From NCBI RefSeq assembly GCF_964204645.1, contig NC_134026.1, positions 30,848,150 through 30,912,149 on the forward strand: a DNA stretch of 64,000 bases, in the 5' to 3' direction. Origin of the DNA: Tubulanus polymorphus. Taxonomy: Eukaryota; Animalia; Nemertea. The first letter of the stretch is position 1. Every line of letters starts with the position of its first letter. Below, one piece after another: positions 1 to 13,719 of the stretch. The notes under the pieces were generated by a model. The model worked only from the letters and a program-made list of their open reading frames with translations. It was not told the DNA's origin and did no database searches. The translations under genes and the position numbers were made by a program.

Positions 1-91
1 TTTCTGCATGAATTAACCTCTTATTGATAAAAGCGTTGAGACTGCTGGAAATATTTCGCCGAGTTAAGAATCAGTGAAACGGATGGTTTTT

Positions 92-334
92 CAGGGTCCG
101 ATCTAAAGAATTAAAAGCCACTTGCCGAGGGGGGGAGCATATCTGAAATTTCACTTGACCCCCCTCAAAAATCAACTTGCCCTACCCAGCTAGTCCGTCT
201 GGTGGCACAATCATCCGGTGTATCGAGTGGGAAAAAGCTTTGAGACATTGCACTCATCCAGTTGACAAGTGATAATAATAAACTACTTGCACTTATATAA
301 ATAGAAATAGGACAAGTGCTTAGATCGGACCCTG
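92..334. mobile_element. MITE with CAGGGTCCGATCTAA terminal inverted repeats (hAT-like), copy 1
   Basis: 15-bp TIR cagggtccgatctaa...ttagatcggaccctg; internal sequence matches the copy at 44596-44830. Confidence 0.85.
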
Positions 335-3300
335 TTTTTTCTTCTTAAACTTTTGTAGAATTCAGCCAGATTTGAGCAGTTATATATATGTAGCAGTTAA
401 GAAGAACAATGCACCAATTCTGTAATACCTCATCCATCATTTTGTATGAATACCTTATTGTATCTTGGTGCACATGATAAAAGCAATGATATCTGCGTAC
501 AGAAAAGTTTGACCTGTTTTAAAAGCTATGAATGTTTAAATGATTGATAATGTTTCAACATATTATCCGCGCTTCATTCGTAATAAAAATCGCTACTGAA
601 ATCAATTTAAGTTTGGTTTCTGTTTTGGTTCCGGGTTGCGGCGGCTGCTGATCGCGCGGAGCCTTCCGTGTCTTCACGGTTGTAGGTAAAAATCTCCAGT
701 TTAAAATCCCCAAATCTATAAGAAGGTAGAAATCCCCACCACACGATTTTTCAAGAACATTTCAAAGCAAGAAATTCCTGCAATTCTATTCATTTGCAAA
801 AGACTGCAATATATTTGAACTGTGCAATAAACTCTTTTAGTTGCTTTAAGCTCTTAAATTAACTATTAGATTTGATGAAATTCTTATTTGTCCTATTATT
901 CATTCCGTACTGGAATATATTTGAACTTTGGTATATTTCACTGTGTGATGCGATACATAATTAGAAATAAAGAACTTTTAATTTGAAATGTTATAAATTC
1001 AAGCTAGTGTACCCCGGTAATATACCGGTGGGGGTATTTGGCCGCATCTTCACTCCTAGGATCTAGAAAAATTGACACGCTGACTGACACGCTGACAAGT
1101 ATAAATTGCATGACGTAAGTCATTTATCCACTGGTTGAATTTAGCCATTTTTTAAGCAAGTAAGTGTCAGTCAATTTTGGTGTAAAACAATTTGCAAAAC
1201 TGCGAGGATGATGGCGTCGCAGGACAACCCACAACCTTAGTGGGAGACCCTGTTTATCTGTTAGGATTTAAACTTGAAGTTGTTGATATATCCGAGATTC
1301 TACGAATGGAAGAACTTTGAGCTTGAGATGAGTTTTTTAATGAATCAAGACCGTGACATGATTCTATCTGATCTTCGTAATTTAAAACCGACGATGTGAC
1401 CGTGAAATGTAGATAGTCACGTGGTTAGTAACCGAATATACACCAGCGCAAGGTCTAATCTAACCGTCACACATCAGTGGGGGCTGATGATGATGATGGC
1501 CATTGTAAACAGCATATTAGGGTGGCAGATATAGTTCTCAATGGTTTTTGAGACATGCTAGTATTTTCAGCTGGGCTGGGCTGGGCCTGTGAGCACTTTC
1601 CAGAGATGTGTATGGTTGCGCCCAGAATTTTTTGATATTCGAACCGGGTGGGCGCAACGTTTCAAAAATCTGTTGATAAAATGAACACTTTAGAGTCACC
1701 CGGCACCCGGTGGTTATTTGGAAAATGTTTCTAGCACATCTTTGCATAATCTTTTGTAAGCATATGTAATTTGTCGCCAGGATTTTGATATGAAACTCTA
1801 TCTTAAATCAACGCAGTGGATATTGTCGGGATCTTTGCTCAGCGGACTGAAGGCAACAGATCCGTGGCCGGGCATCGTTATTCGATGAACCTAAACGGCA
1901 CATGCTTTTTACTCGTAAAAAGAGTAAAACCTTTCTCTGAGAGAGTTTCATTGAATACTCGCACTTTGGGAAGCTGTATACATTTCATTTGTTTCAGAGC
2001 ACTTCAATGATGCTTCAGCCACAGATGCTAAGCACTTATCTGACCCGTGGATGTGGAATAATGATGCAAGATTTATATGCAAAACGTCGATGTGTTACTT
2101 TGACGAATAAAGATCTTAGTTTTATCATGAACATAATGACTTGATTGCTCTCTGCCCTTGTAAAGTCTTAGCAATGGTTATCTGCAATTATATCAACTCA
2201 TATTTATATTACTGCACCGTGCTCCTGCACTATGCACAAAGTTCCAGCGCCTTAATCTTAAGTGCAGCCTCGTAACCGTATTACGTATTGGTTATTAAAA
2301 GGTATTAACTGTTCATCCGATTGTATGCATTATCGTTTACGAGAATAAATTGTTATTATCGATCATCAATAGAGAATGACAGTGAATAGGACATCGCAAA
2401 CAAACCGTCACCACACATGACGTCACCACACATGACTGGTCACATACGCTCACTGGTCACCACGCTGACCACCAGATAAACTGATTAAGTAATTTCAATT
2501 TCAATTTATTTAGTAAGCATGGTTTAGAAACATATCAAAAATAAAAAGAGAGAAAGCTTGTTCTTATGAGAGGCAAGCAAAAAGCCAAAATAAGGCCGCT
2601 ACAGCAATCAGTGACAGAGAAAAAAGAGAGAGAAGAGTATAGAAAGACAAAGAAGAGGAATAAATTGAATCACAGCTCTCGCGCATGATATCCCGGGTTC
2701 GAAGCTTACCGGAACCTTCTGATTCATTTACCGCAAAATTATTGCTTTATGCGTTCTCGCTATTTAGAAAAAAATCAAAAAAAAATTTCTCGGCTTTCAG
2801 AATTGAAAAAGCTCCTGGCTATACGCGGGTCTGAAGAACTTTCACACATGATCTTTGGAGTCAGTTTTCAACTCGGAATCCAGGGTCAAATATTCAAAAA
2901 TGAACTTCAAATGTAGCACAATCATTGAACTGTGTCCTGAGGTCGATTTCACTGACGGGAACTAAATCTTGCTTTAAGTTTCCTTAGTTTGTCATTTGTG
3001 TGTATTATATTTAAGGTCGATTGTTAAACAAGCCTCACATTTCGAATATTGACCCGAGCCATCATAATATTTCTAACTAATGTTACCAAAATAAAAAAGT
3101 ATATATTTTCGAATATACTCGAGTGAGATGATGTCTCATATTTTTCCTGAACATGAACTTGACACTACACCACTCCTCCCACTGCTGAAGGTAACTCTCA
3201 ACATGACGCGACAACATCGCCGATACCTGCGTATAAACTTCCGACCAACTGCTGACAATATGAGACAAAAGTGGAATTTATTTCATCACTCCTAAAATCT

Positions 3301-3876
3301 TTTCAATTCCCCATACAGCATAGACCAATCAACCTCCTCCAGCGTGTATAACTATAGCAACAACAGTGGCGATTATATGTAAATCTAATGAAGATTTTGT
3401 CTCAGTTCTTCTTCTGTGAAATGAATGAATATCCTGAAGCTTATTACTGGAAGCTTATTACTTACGACATCAGGAGTCTAGCTTCAATATCCGCGAGTAA
3501 CGCGGCATGGGCGATGCGGTTATTGACTCATAACCTGCTATAGATATATATAAATATACAGAGGTAAATATAGTAAATGCAATATAACTTCATAATCAAC
3601 AAATACGTTTTTCTTTATTCCATGATCAACATGCACAATTTTGAAGTGAACTTTTTTTTAAACATTTTTATCCTACAAAAACACAACCATTAAACGCCGG
3701 TGTAATTCATCACATCAACCTTTTGTAAAATAAAACAATGTAAACCACTCAGTTCAATCAGTTTATATGAGATCAGCCGTTGTCCTCCCGACTACATAAC
3801 ATTCAAACCATGCAAAATATCATTTCTCCCATTTGTAAACAGTATAAACGTATACTTTATCTTTATATGCGGGTTT

Positions 3877-4190
3877 CAACCTGCCGCCCCCCTAAGCCTG
3901 GACCATGCACCCCTCACACAAACGATAGATTATCATCATGATTGCCATAAGCCTGATCAACCACACTTCGCATGCGTTCAGTACGTCACTCGAGGCCTTT
4001 ATAATTGAAAATGTACTACCAGAAACTGAACATCCACACTTTAAGGCTTCCAATTGTGAGTTATTTTGAATCAAGAAATGAATTGCAAACACAAGACGTA
4101 AGAAATCTTATCCCCAGACTTTCAAAAACGACACTACACATTTTAATATAGTCCCGGATGTCTGAGGGTGTGGTTTAGGGCGGCAGACTG
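3877..4190. mobile_element. Degenerate MITE-like element in IL-17 3'UTR region
   Basis: ctgccgcccc-ctaa...cacccctca at left is inverted relative to tgagggtg...ttagggcggcag at right. Confidence 0.45.
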
Positions 4191-4625
4191 ATACATGTAT
4201 TACAGCCCTCAGGAAGCTAAATGCACGTCACAAATTCTATAAGTAGATATCTAAAATAGTAATATATCAGTTCCAGATTATATCCAAATCTATCGTTGAT
4301 GAAAATTCACATATTGTAAAATAAATTTGGAAACGTGATAAGTTTTTTAATACATATATCCACGAAAATAGTTCAGTAAAGGAATGCGATTTGTAAACTC
4401 GAAGAATTAAATAAGTACAACATTTCTTCAATTACTTTCGAATGATTTTTGGAAGTCCACGCAATGACTAAAAAGTTAAATAAATTCGGAAAAATAATTC
4501 ATAAGATATCGTTTTCTTTAAAAATATCCACGAAAATACTTCTTTGCGATTTTGCGACTTGAAGAATCAGTACAATATTTCTTTGATAACTTTGGAATGT
4601 TTTTTTTTTTTAAAGAAAAGTTGAT

Positions 4626-7600
4626 TTATTTTCCGCGTGATGCACCAAGTCGTCGTCCGAACATGGATCTAGCGCGACAAGTACAAGCGACCGGCAATCG
4701 AATCCACTCGTGTTTGTAAAGATAATGTCCCTCGATGCACGTCCTCTTCAGTACCCGGAAGTTGTAATAAACTACTGAACATCCTTTGAATATGGATCTG
4801 ATACCTTTACAGCGCTCACAACTGCAAACGGCAATCGCTAACACGGCCGGGACACGGTTTGGATCGTGGTGAAGCTCGTAATACCATGGACACAACGATT
4901 GATCATTCTCATCGTTACGTTTGCCAGTATTTTCACAAGATCGTCTGCCCAAATATGTTATATTACTGTAATCGCTAGGATTGATAACGGCCGGGTTAAA
5001 ATTGTCCGATAATCGGATGAAGTATTCGTGCTGTTCGCGAATCTTTTGAAGTACGTTGTTCAAATTAGCCGGTTCTTTGCAGTTATTGGACGATTGCGTG
5101 CCTTCGATCAACAACCAATGGTTATCGGTTGCTAATAGATATACTAATATAATCCAGTGTATCCGGCTCAAATTCACCTGAAAATATACATAATGATGAT
5201 CATGTAATATGGAATTCATAATGCTAATGACTAAGTTTAGGTATTTTAGTCACGCAGTTGATGATCTATTGTTTCAATTTACCACAATGACAGCCAAGGG
5301 AGCTAAAGCAACTGATCACAGTTTCAGAACAGTATAATCAGTTAAAGAATTCTTGAGGATGGCTACAAAAATTGGTCGGCACCGGCCAATCCGGTAAACC
5401 ACTCTTTAGCCGAGGTAGATTTTACGATTGCATTTATTTTGGTGAGACTTTCCATTTTCCCTGATTCTTAGCTAAGACCCAACGCTACTGAGGTCCCTGA
5501 TTCTCAACTCGGTGAAATATTCGCAGCCGTCCCATCGCTACCGAGTTCCCTGATTCTCAACTCGGTGAAATATTCGCAGCCGTCCCATCGCTACCGAGTT
5601 CCCTGATTCTCAACTCGGTGAAATATTCGCAGCCGTCCCATCGCTACCGAGTTCCCTGATTGTCATCTTAGTGAAATATTTACAGCAGTCCCAACGCTAC
5701 ACCGCATAACGTGCCCCAAAGCTGTCCAGGCCGAGGGATACAGCGTGGAGGCTGAGATATAGTGCAGGATCCTGGCTGAAGGGGTACAGGTTCCATCGAG
5801 ATCGATACCTGTTGTACGTTGAGGTGATCTCGATGAAATATCAATCGCAAATTCATTTTTTATTTTCAAATTTCATTGAGCGAAATGTGTTTCTACTTGC
5901 AACATCAGAGAGACCGTTATGATCTGCCAGGAAGAGTAATCTTTCAAGGTCATAGACAAATGATTTAGTCGAGACGATGAGACGTATTATTTACAAAAAA
6001 AAAAACATCAACGGATTAGTAACTAGTCACACAGATTCACTCATCTGAGTCTCACACGCTCTGTAATCCGATTAGAACCTCCCTCGATAAGTGTTTATAG
6101 TAAGCTCTATCTTCTCTACTGTTGAAAATCCCTGATGCAACGAGAAGAGTTGGCGACCTTTTACAATTTGCGATAATTTTTCTCTTGTTTTCGAACAGTT
6201 TCTAAGAAATCTTCAATGAAAGATTGAAGACATTCGTCTTATCACCGAAATGCAATTTACTTCTACAAAACTTTGACATTTATTTCCCAATGGAAATACG
6301 AACAAAAAAATTATCAATCAATGAAAAAATTTCGTTTTTCTTCTAACGCAACGAGCGTCTTGTTATGAGAAGAAGAAAAGAAAAAGAGAGAAAGAAAAAA
6401 CCAAAAGGTTGAAAACGAAATTCATTTTCTAAAAAAAAAAAATTAAATGACACAATATACAATTTTACAAGACTAAATTTATTTATCAAAAGTTTGAATT
6501 GAAATAAAAGACAACTGTGTTTTTAATCGTTTTAGATTTGTATATAATAGGTTTGAATGTTAGCTCTCCGCATCGGTTTGGCTATTTTACCAATAAAAGT
6601 ATCAATAAGTTAAAAACTAACAACCTAAAACTTTTTTAGACATGTTTCACTTTTTTTTCAAAAATAGATTTCGTTTTTAATGTTTTGATTTTGTATAATA
6701 GTTGGGTTATTTCTGATCGCGATGGACTCAGCTAATTTTCACGGTTACTCGTTGAACTTTTAAAATAGATGCGACAGAAATTGATACTCTCGTTGAGAAC
6801 ACAAAAAGGTCGGTTGTGAGTAAACGGATAACTACAGAGGAAAGTAGATGCTTCAACTCCCACTCTGACATTATAACAATATATGTCAAGGTCGTAGAGA
6901 GAGAGAGAGAGAAAGCGAGTGAACGGGAGTAGGTTCAGAGCGTCACCGTACCATGACGACGGTGACCTCGGTTCGTTTCAGATTACACTGCGGAAAACTT
7001 ATCAGACGGATCAAATTTGAAACGGGTCTTTCTGTTCGATTCGGTTGATTTAAATATAGCAATCCCTACGGTATTGTATTACATGTATATACGAGAGAAT
7101 AAACGACACTTTGTGGTGGTTGGGGGCAGCCGTACGAGGTGCGCCATCAATAACAACTTGTGAATCTGAGAAAGGTTTTGAACAATAAGATTCTTTTTCT
7201 AGAAAATTGACCTTTTCGAAACATTTCTCGTTCGACCCGCTCAGCGCCATTCAGATGATCGGTAGTAGGTCAGATATTCATTTTCCCCACAACCCAACGA
7301 GCCAAACTCAGGGCATTATCAATCAGCACATTCGAAGTTTCTTTTTCAATTTCTAAATTTCCCTCAATCCGCTGAGAGCTACTTTGAGGTTTCCCTTCCC
7401 CTCAACCATGGACTCTAAAAACGATGTAGACCAGTGTCTCAAACCCACTGAGCGCCACTCATGGCATACTTAGGAGGTTCAAGAGGTTACGGAATGAGGG
7501 GAGAGAGGTCATATAGAAGAACATCTACCACAGGACCAACGATTCAAACCCACCAATCCACGACTGATGAGACCACACAGACTGCGGATAATCTTTCTTG

Positions 7601-9275
7601 TTGTAACTTACATAAATTTTCATCTTTCGTTTCTTTACTCATACTAAATTTACTATTTCTATTTCTATTAGTTGTTCATCGAAATTTACCAATAAGATCT
7701 TTCTTGAAATTGGAAAAAAGACCCGTGTTTTCGAAGGCACGTTAATTACCACGAAAGATGCTATTCTAGAAATTATACGTTGTGAATTTCTGTGACGGAT
7801 ATGATTTTTTTTTCAATTTCAACGAAAATCACATCATCGCAATGTTGTGAAACACGATACTTGGCGACAAGGATTGTAGCAATTTTTAAGGAATTCATAC
7901 ATTCATTCGATCTGATTATGTTTATACTCAAAGTCACGGCAGTTTCAACATTTTCATCCAGTGAAGCTTTTATTGATTGAAATGCAATTCATAATTTTGG
8001 ATTTTTTGTAAAGAAATTTTTGTAAAGATTTTGTAATGTAAAACGCTTTTAAGCAATAAATTTTTATCATTATTATCGGCTACATTGGTCACTTGTCTGT
8101 CAACGTAGTGAAATTCATGTGGAAATGTGTCTTGTTAAAACGATGTCTTGGCACGGTCCCAGTCCCAGTCTCGCTCCGGCCATGGACTCTTAAACTCATT
8201 TCAACGTTTGTTTTCAAGTTAAATCTTCCAATTAATTGAATACCTCCTAGAAATACCTAATCTATGATCAGTTCTCAATTAATAACTAGGCTTAAAAACC
8301 TTCAAATATTTTCAAATAACACGTCGTAAAGTTTGACCTTTGAACATGAAATGATGTTTAAAGCGAAATGAATCTGAAAAGCGAAATCATGTAGATGCAT
8401 TGAATCATTTCATCAACGCCTTTCGTAATTTGTCGTTATAAAAGAATTAGTGGAATCACCTTAAAACTGACGTTTGAAAGTTTTCTCATAACAATTGTTA
8501 ATTTGGTGAATTATTCAGTGCCCACGAGATCTGGAATGACACCACATAATCACGATTGATAGAACACTATATCCGTGTTGACGCGATGTAGAGAGAATCC
8601 CACAATGATAAGAAAAAGTCCGAAAATGTAACTTCGAGATAGTAGTTTATTTCAACGTTTCGACTATATCCTAATAGTCATCTTCAGGAATAATGTTTTT
8701 CCTGAAGATGACTATTAGGATATAGTCGAAACGTTGAAATAAACTACTATCTCGAAGTTACATTTTCGGACTTTTTCTTATCATTGTGGGATTCTCTCTA
8801 CGACACCACATAATATAAAGGTTTATTGCTATCATCAAGTTGAGACCGGTCACGTGCGGTTAACAGATCCGAAAGCGTTGAATCAGTAAAAGATCATTAG
8901 TTAAAATAATGTAGGATGTGATGAAGTCAGAAAAATGATTAAGTTTGAAGAAAAACCGACAACATGAAGAAAAAACTAAACGAATATTTGGTCCATTAGA
9001 ATTCAGTCGAGACGTCAAATGCTCATTTATTTTTTACTTCTGATAATATTAGACAGTCACTTAGCATCTACGGAAACCAAAAAAGTTTGTCTGAGTTAGT
9101 GAAAAGTTCGACTCGTGTATGTATCGTGCGCCATGTGAGATACTGTGATCTCACATCAGTCTACTTCTCAAAACACATCTTTCAAATAAAAATTGATTCT
9201 AAAAAAATGTGCGAATGAATAAGAAATTTAATATAAACTCACCATAAGTGTGAAAAGATCATGGATAAACATCAT
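4626..9275 (-). CDS. IL17: Interleukin-17 family cytokine (about 194 aa, 2 coding exons)
   Basis: Exon 2 is 5177-4626 after the ttttcag acceptor and has cystine-knot motifs SLCPW, DPNRVP..LA.A.C.C..C and PVACTC. Putative exon 1 is 9275-9243 (MMFIHDLFTLM|GTGAGT, phase 0). Hydrophobic signal-like N-terminus. Exon 1 assignment is less certain than exon 2. Confidence 0.9.
5495..5703. repeat. 53-bp tandem repeat, about 3.5 copies
   Basis: Unit ccctgattctcaactcggtgaaatattcgcagccgtcccatcgctaccgagtt. Confidence 0.9.
8551..8801. mobile_element. Penelope-like inverted pLTR element (family A) with hammerhead ribozyme cores
   Basis: Perfect 103-bp arms 8588-8690/8699-8801, 37-nt one-sided tail 8551-8587, 13-bp TSD gacaccacataat (8538-8550, 8802-8814). 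Confidence 0.85.
8697..8740 (+). ncRNA. Minimal type I hammerhead ribozyme (mirror copy on minus strand 8650-8690)
   Basis: CTGAAGA-T-GACTAT(taggat)ATAGTC-GAAAC-GTT; short stem I tttc/gaaa. Confidence 0.75.
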
Positions 9276-9299
9276 CACCGGTTTTACTCGTGTCGGATC

Positions 9300-9345
9300 T
9301 CAAATGAGAATCTGCGAAAACGACTGATCGCTTTTAAATATCATC
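9300..9345 (-). promoter_or_regulatory. Putative IL-17 core promoter (TATTTAAAAG plus Inr-like TCATTT)
   Basis: TATA-like at 9340-9331, Inr-like about 9308-9302, just upstream of putative exon 1; kB-like GGGAATTCCA at 9912-9921. Confidence 0.5.
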
Positions 9346-10831
9346 ATTGCACCCACAAAATGAAACCAAGTGTTGCGCGCGCGCGCCACTAACGCCACCA
9401 AAATCTGGTTTCTACATCTCTGGTTTTAAACTGATAGCCTCTGCGACCACGACGGCGTCATTGGGTATTCAAAAATACGCACATAGTGTAGATATACTGG
9501 CGCTTTATATAATGCGACAAGGTTACAAATTCATAAAGTGAAGATCCTAGTTAATTAGAAACAGACGCTATGTATTGAATAAGACCCACGTAATTCGTGA
9601 AATGCGATATTTACGACGTCATATCATCTAAAATTGGTCATTCTAATTAAACTCTGATGAACATGAAGACGAAGGCACCGAAAGTGAAAAGGTTCAAACC
9701 GCAGTAATTACGTGCGACTAAACCACAGTCTCATTGGTGGTCCAGACAACGCCGACCACATTTGACACCCCTAAAATACCATCAAGTGCTATTGACATCG
9801 TAATTTTTCTAAAAGAAAATTCCGCGCATCTAAAATAACTGAATTTACTATAATAAATGATAATTTTCGATGAATGCAGAAACACTTGACCCCCGGTGTT
9901 TAAAGTGTTCAGGGAATTCCAGTTGAATTCTTGCAGAGAACCACGCCTGAGTCTCATTATGACACGGGGGATATAGTCGGTAACCCTACGGAGAACTTGT
10001 CCAGCAGTTGACATTTTGTATGATGCGCATGTCCTTTAGCTATAAACCATAACCCACTGCGCAGCCATCACGCACAATGTGTTTGCTGGAGGAAGATATC
10101 TTTTGTCGCCGTTCAACTGAAAAATGATATATTTTACCTCGAAAATACTTAAAGAAATAAGTAGGTGTAGTTTAGATTCAACAGTGCAAGAAGCTAAAAG
10201 TCTGGGAGAACGGTGAACGATGCTAGAGAAAACATATGTACCGTTTGTAGAGACATCTTCATAATAAGATGAGTCTGAGACTCCCGGGTATTCTAATGAT
10301 ACCACTAGTGCACTGAGAAGCCGAAAAGGTGCTTTTTATGATTGCGTCACGAATACGTCACAAAACAAAATGGAAATAACGACAAACACAAATAATAATA
10401 TGTCTTTAATTCGTACTAAAGAAAACAGGAGGAAAACAAGAGACTACAAAAATACAAAAAAATTCTATTAGAAAAACTTATTTACAGGTTGAATAATTTA
10501 AGGACAAATTCAAAGTTACGTGAAGGCTACATGACTTAGCAGATATAGTAATAATTGAATAGTTAATAGTAGGTATTTTATCTCATTTTTGCTGATTGAT
10601 GTTTATTGATACGTAGCTTAGTTTATTTAAGGTGTTTTGCTAAATGGCTTAGATCTCAGAATTCTAAATGATGTGAGAAGATTGGATCGACCTTTAATGA
10701 GGTCTAAAAACCAATTATTTTGATTAGTCAGAGAAATTACTGAGGATATCGATTCATCCACGGGTTTTATTGAAATTTAATGCAGCAGTAGACATGCAGA
10801 GGTTTTGCAACGAGGGAGAAAGGGCCGTTAG

Positions 10832-11208
10832 TGAGTTTAGTCCCAGTGCCCGAGACGAGTACACTCCCAGTGCCCGAGACGAGTACACTCCCAGTGCCCG
10901 AGACGAGTACACTCCCAGTGCCTGAGGCGAGTTCAGTCCCAGTGCCTGAGACGAGTACACTCCCAGTGCCTGAGACGAGTTTAGTCCCAGTGCCTGAGAC
11001 GAGTACACTCCCAGTGCCTGAGACGAGTACACTCCCAGTGCCTGAGACGAGTATACTCCCAGTGCCCGAGACGAGTACACTCCCAGTGCCCGAGACGAGT
11101 ACACTCCCAGTGCCTGAGGCGAGTTCAGTCCCAGTGCCTGAGACGAGTTCAGTCCCAGTGCCTGAGACGAGTACACTCCCAGTGCCTGAGACGAGTTCAC
11201 TCCCAGTC
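10832..11208. repeat. 24-bp minisatellite, about 16 copies
   Basis: Unit gagacgagtacactcccagtgcct; explains the repetitive ORFs 10754..11254 and 10831..11220. Confidence 0.95.
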
Positions 11209-11235
11209 CGGTTAGATTAGATTGCGGTCTATTCT

Positions 11236-11352
11236 CCTGACAAGACACCTTCACCCGTCAAGGGATTCGAACCCACTACGCTAAAGCTTTTCCCCAAAGC
11301 TGGTGGAAGCGAGTATGGGAGTAATACCGGACCCCTGGTAGGCGAGGATGCT
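11236..11352 (-). mobile_element. tRNA-derived SINE-like element
   Basis: B-box GGTTCGAATCCC on minus strand; homologous to 37229-37545. Confidence 0.6.
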
Positions 11353-11389
11353 GACTAGAATAAGTTCGAGGTCAATATATATTTGTCAG

Positions 11390-11535
11390 ACCGTTAGGTG
11401 CTGCCCCTATATATTACAGTAGCGGTGAACATATGAACTAACTATGCAGAAGAATTTTCTTACTGTGGCATGCGGGTAATAAGATAGTTCACAGATTCAC
11501 CGTCAACGATGTGTATAGAGACAGCACATGACGGT
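11390..11535. mobile_element. Tc1/mariner-type MITE, copy 1
   Basis: TIR accgt.aggtgctgcccct...agacagcacatgacggt; homologous to 40850-40991. Confidence 0.7.
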
Positions 11536-13137
11536 TAAGGTATATACAGATAAGAAGCCCTTTATAATGCTAATATTAGGAGAGAATGAATAAATGAGCG
11601 TTATAATGAATTTGGCGTTACGAATTAATTCTAATCCTTTGAAAAATGTTGGATTTAACACCCGAACTCCCGGCCCTGCACATCACTATCAGCAATTATA
11701 CTGGGTTCAAAACCCGACCCCCTTAGCTGTATATCATCTATCCATAGGACGAACCTGGACAACCCTGGACATCCTCTATTCAGCATCAGGACCAGTATCT
11801 GCATCAGTATCAGTGATTACTGGGTTCGAACCCGGGACACCCCTGTACACACACTGTACAGCCCAGGGATCACTCTGAATCAATGCCATGGGTTCGATCG
11901 GTCTGATAACTCCAAGCCGAGAGAAAGGTGTCGATCTGTTGCCTGGACCCCAGACATTCAATCTGAAAGGGATGAGTGGAGGGTTCAAGCTGTGTATGAA
12001 GAGTGAACGCTTCAGATTATGTAGACGGTGACAAGTCTTAACGAGTGTCTGAAGGGTATGGGTGGGCACTATCCTCAGGGTAGTGCCAAGCTGCTGCAGA
12101 TTGATACATGCATTAATATAATTTAGGAGTAATCAGACTGATAACTGTATCTCTATCGCAGTGAGAATGGTTTGAAGTCATTTTCCTTAGTTAAATACAA
12201 ATCTTATGGATGAAAGTGAAATTGTTGTATTATCAAAATATGGATCGATGTAAATTAGCCGGGACCTGCTGGAAATCTGATCGCAATAAACGGGTTTTGT
12301 CTTAAACAGTATCGTATCAATGAGGTTCAACTGTCGTCTCGTTTCATTTCATTCACTTGCAGAGAAAAAAGAATCCATGTACAATAGACTTGACTAACTC
12401 GAATCAATTAAGACAAGGTGATAATTGTCACCTGCAGATCAAAAAATTTCAATGAAATAGTTCAATGTGTTTGGTCCGAGCCGATGTAAGCCTGGAGAAT
12501 CATTACTAAAAGTGACTGGACTTGAAATGATTCTAGTTAAGAGAGTCTACCGTACATTTAAAGAAAAAATAACACATACAATTTGTAGCGAACAACTGAC
12601 CACTAATGATACTGATGTTAAAACAACTTGTGGTTAGTAGTTCAATATGTATTGATAGTTCAATAGTTCAACCAATAATCAAACACCATAAAATCAATGT
12701 ATTCATCAATATCATAATCAAACAAGTCAAGAGCAAACCGAGTATCTTGAGTTTAGAGTTTAACATCGTCAGAATGAGATGCAACACAAAAACAATCATT
12801 CTAAAGAAATAAATGTATTTACAAAAACAAACGCAAAGTCACAAGTACATAATCTCCACATATACAGTGCATTCATTCATCACTGTAACAAAACTCTAAA
12901 CCAAAGTTTGACATCCTCAATTATCATTTACAAAATAATTTAACCAGCACAACAAAAACAAGAGAAGCCCTTTGAAATGTATGCATATAAAACGCTAAGT
13001 CGCAGCACATCAGTAATTAATAACCCACAATCAGATTCAACAACAAACCAGCCAATCAAACCATCAGTTCATATTTATTTTTGAATAGATGTACAATGTG
13101 TATTTACATTCAACCTATACTGAAGCAATCAGCCTCA

Positions 13138-13718
13138 GAGAAATTGGTCGGTACCTCTTGAACTACGATAACTCGCGGTAACAAACACTGAAAGTCCCGT
13201 ATTGACGGAGAAATTGGTCGGCATCTCAGGAACTACAATAACTCGCGGTAACAAACACTGAAAGTCCCGTATTGACGGAGAAATTGGTCGGCACCTCTCG
13301 AACCACGATAACTCGCGGTAACAAACACTGAAAGTCCCGATTTGACGGAGAAATTGGTCGGCATCTCTGGAACTACGGTAACTTGCGGTAACAATCACTG
13401 AAAGTCCTGATTTGAAGGAGAAATTGTTCGGCATCTCTGGAACTACGATAACTCGCGGTAACAAACACTGAAAATCCCAATTTGACGGAGAAATTGGTCG
13501 GCATCTCTGGAACTACGCTAACTCGTGGTAACAATCACTGAAAGTCCCGTATTGACGGAGAAATTGGTCGGCATCACTAGAACTACGATAACTCGCGGTA
13601 ACAAACACTGAAAATCCCAATTTGACGGAGAAATTGGTCGGCATCTCTGGAACTACGCTAACTCGTGGTAACAATCACTGAAAGTCCCGTATTGACGAAG
13701 AAATTGGTCGGCATCTCT
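13138..13718. repeat. 70-bp tandem repeat, about 8.5 copies
   Basis: aaattggtcgg (or aaattgttcgg) recurs every 70 bp from 13141 to 13701. Confidence 0.95.
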
Positions 13719-13719
13719 G

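Noticed and set aside
10754-11254. Repetitive ORFs here and at 13135, 18445-22375, 23781, 30939-31937, 52244 and 59242-60114
   Set aside because: Translations of tandem repeats, open in several frames or strands, with no gene structure
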